A stretch of DNA of 64,000 bases, taken from NCBI RefSeq assembly GCF_964188315.1, contig NC_135656.1, positions 60,388,001-60,452,000 on the forward strand. Reading direction: 5' to 3'. The position numbers and the translations under genes are program-made. The notes beneath the pieces are model-generated. The model was not told the DNA's origin. It was given only the letters and a program-made list of their open reading frames with translations, and did not search any database. Below, in pieces: positions 63,797 through 64,000 of the stretch (its first letter is position 1; every line of letters begins with the position of its first letter). The stretch comes from Podarcis muralis (taxonomy: Eukaryota).

Positions 63797-64000
63797 TGTC
63801 AGGGAACTGCCATCGGAGCCAAGAGTGGAGGTAAGGCTCCCCAACAATGCAGGAGAAGGGACCAGCAGGGGGAGAGAGAACACTTCCTTTGAGGAAGGAA
63901 ATAGGAGTGACACCAGGAAGCAAGGGGAAACTGCGGAGAGAGGGCTCCAAGACTCTTCCACAGAGACCAGCGGGGAGAGCACAGGACCTCCGTTGGGCAC
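63797..64000 (+). mobile_element. LTR-like element inserted into the L1, runs off the window
   Basis: Starts TGTCAGGGAACTGCC with a purine-rich body like 31683-32281; abrupt switch from L1 sequence. Confidence 0.65.

Overview
Eukaryotic (vertebrate) genomic DNA, AT-rich and dominated by transposable elements. The repeat inventory (Bov-B/RTE 3' fragments with (CAA)n tails, Sauria SINE, Squam3-like SINE, L2, CR1, L1, Penelope-like ends, Tc1/pogo and hAT MITEs) points to a squamate, most likely a lacertid lizard (inference). I found no host protein-coding exon I can confidently identify, so the window reads as a long intron or intergenic region. The only long genuine ORFs are retroelement-derived: an L2 reverse transcriptase (56166-57218), an L1 ORF2 segment (62823-63794) and Bov-B RT C-termini. 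The most interesting observations are: (i) a candidate 18-nt microexon with a branch point, UGC motif and GTAAGT donor on the minus strand (38479-38496); (ii) a 156-nt AG-free tract ending in CAG|GTATGT (possible recursive splice site, 17284-17447); (iii) a 293-bp solo LTR with a duplicated octamer+CCAAT module; (iv) two Penelope-like insertions sharing a TCATG flank at the same offset; (v) short fold-back inversions at the 5' junctions of a Bov-B and an L1. No confident new biological system is demonstrated. Family names come from recalled knowledge, not database searches, and boundaries of degenerate elements are approximate.
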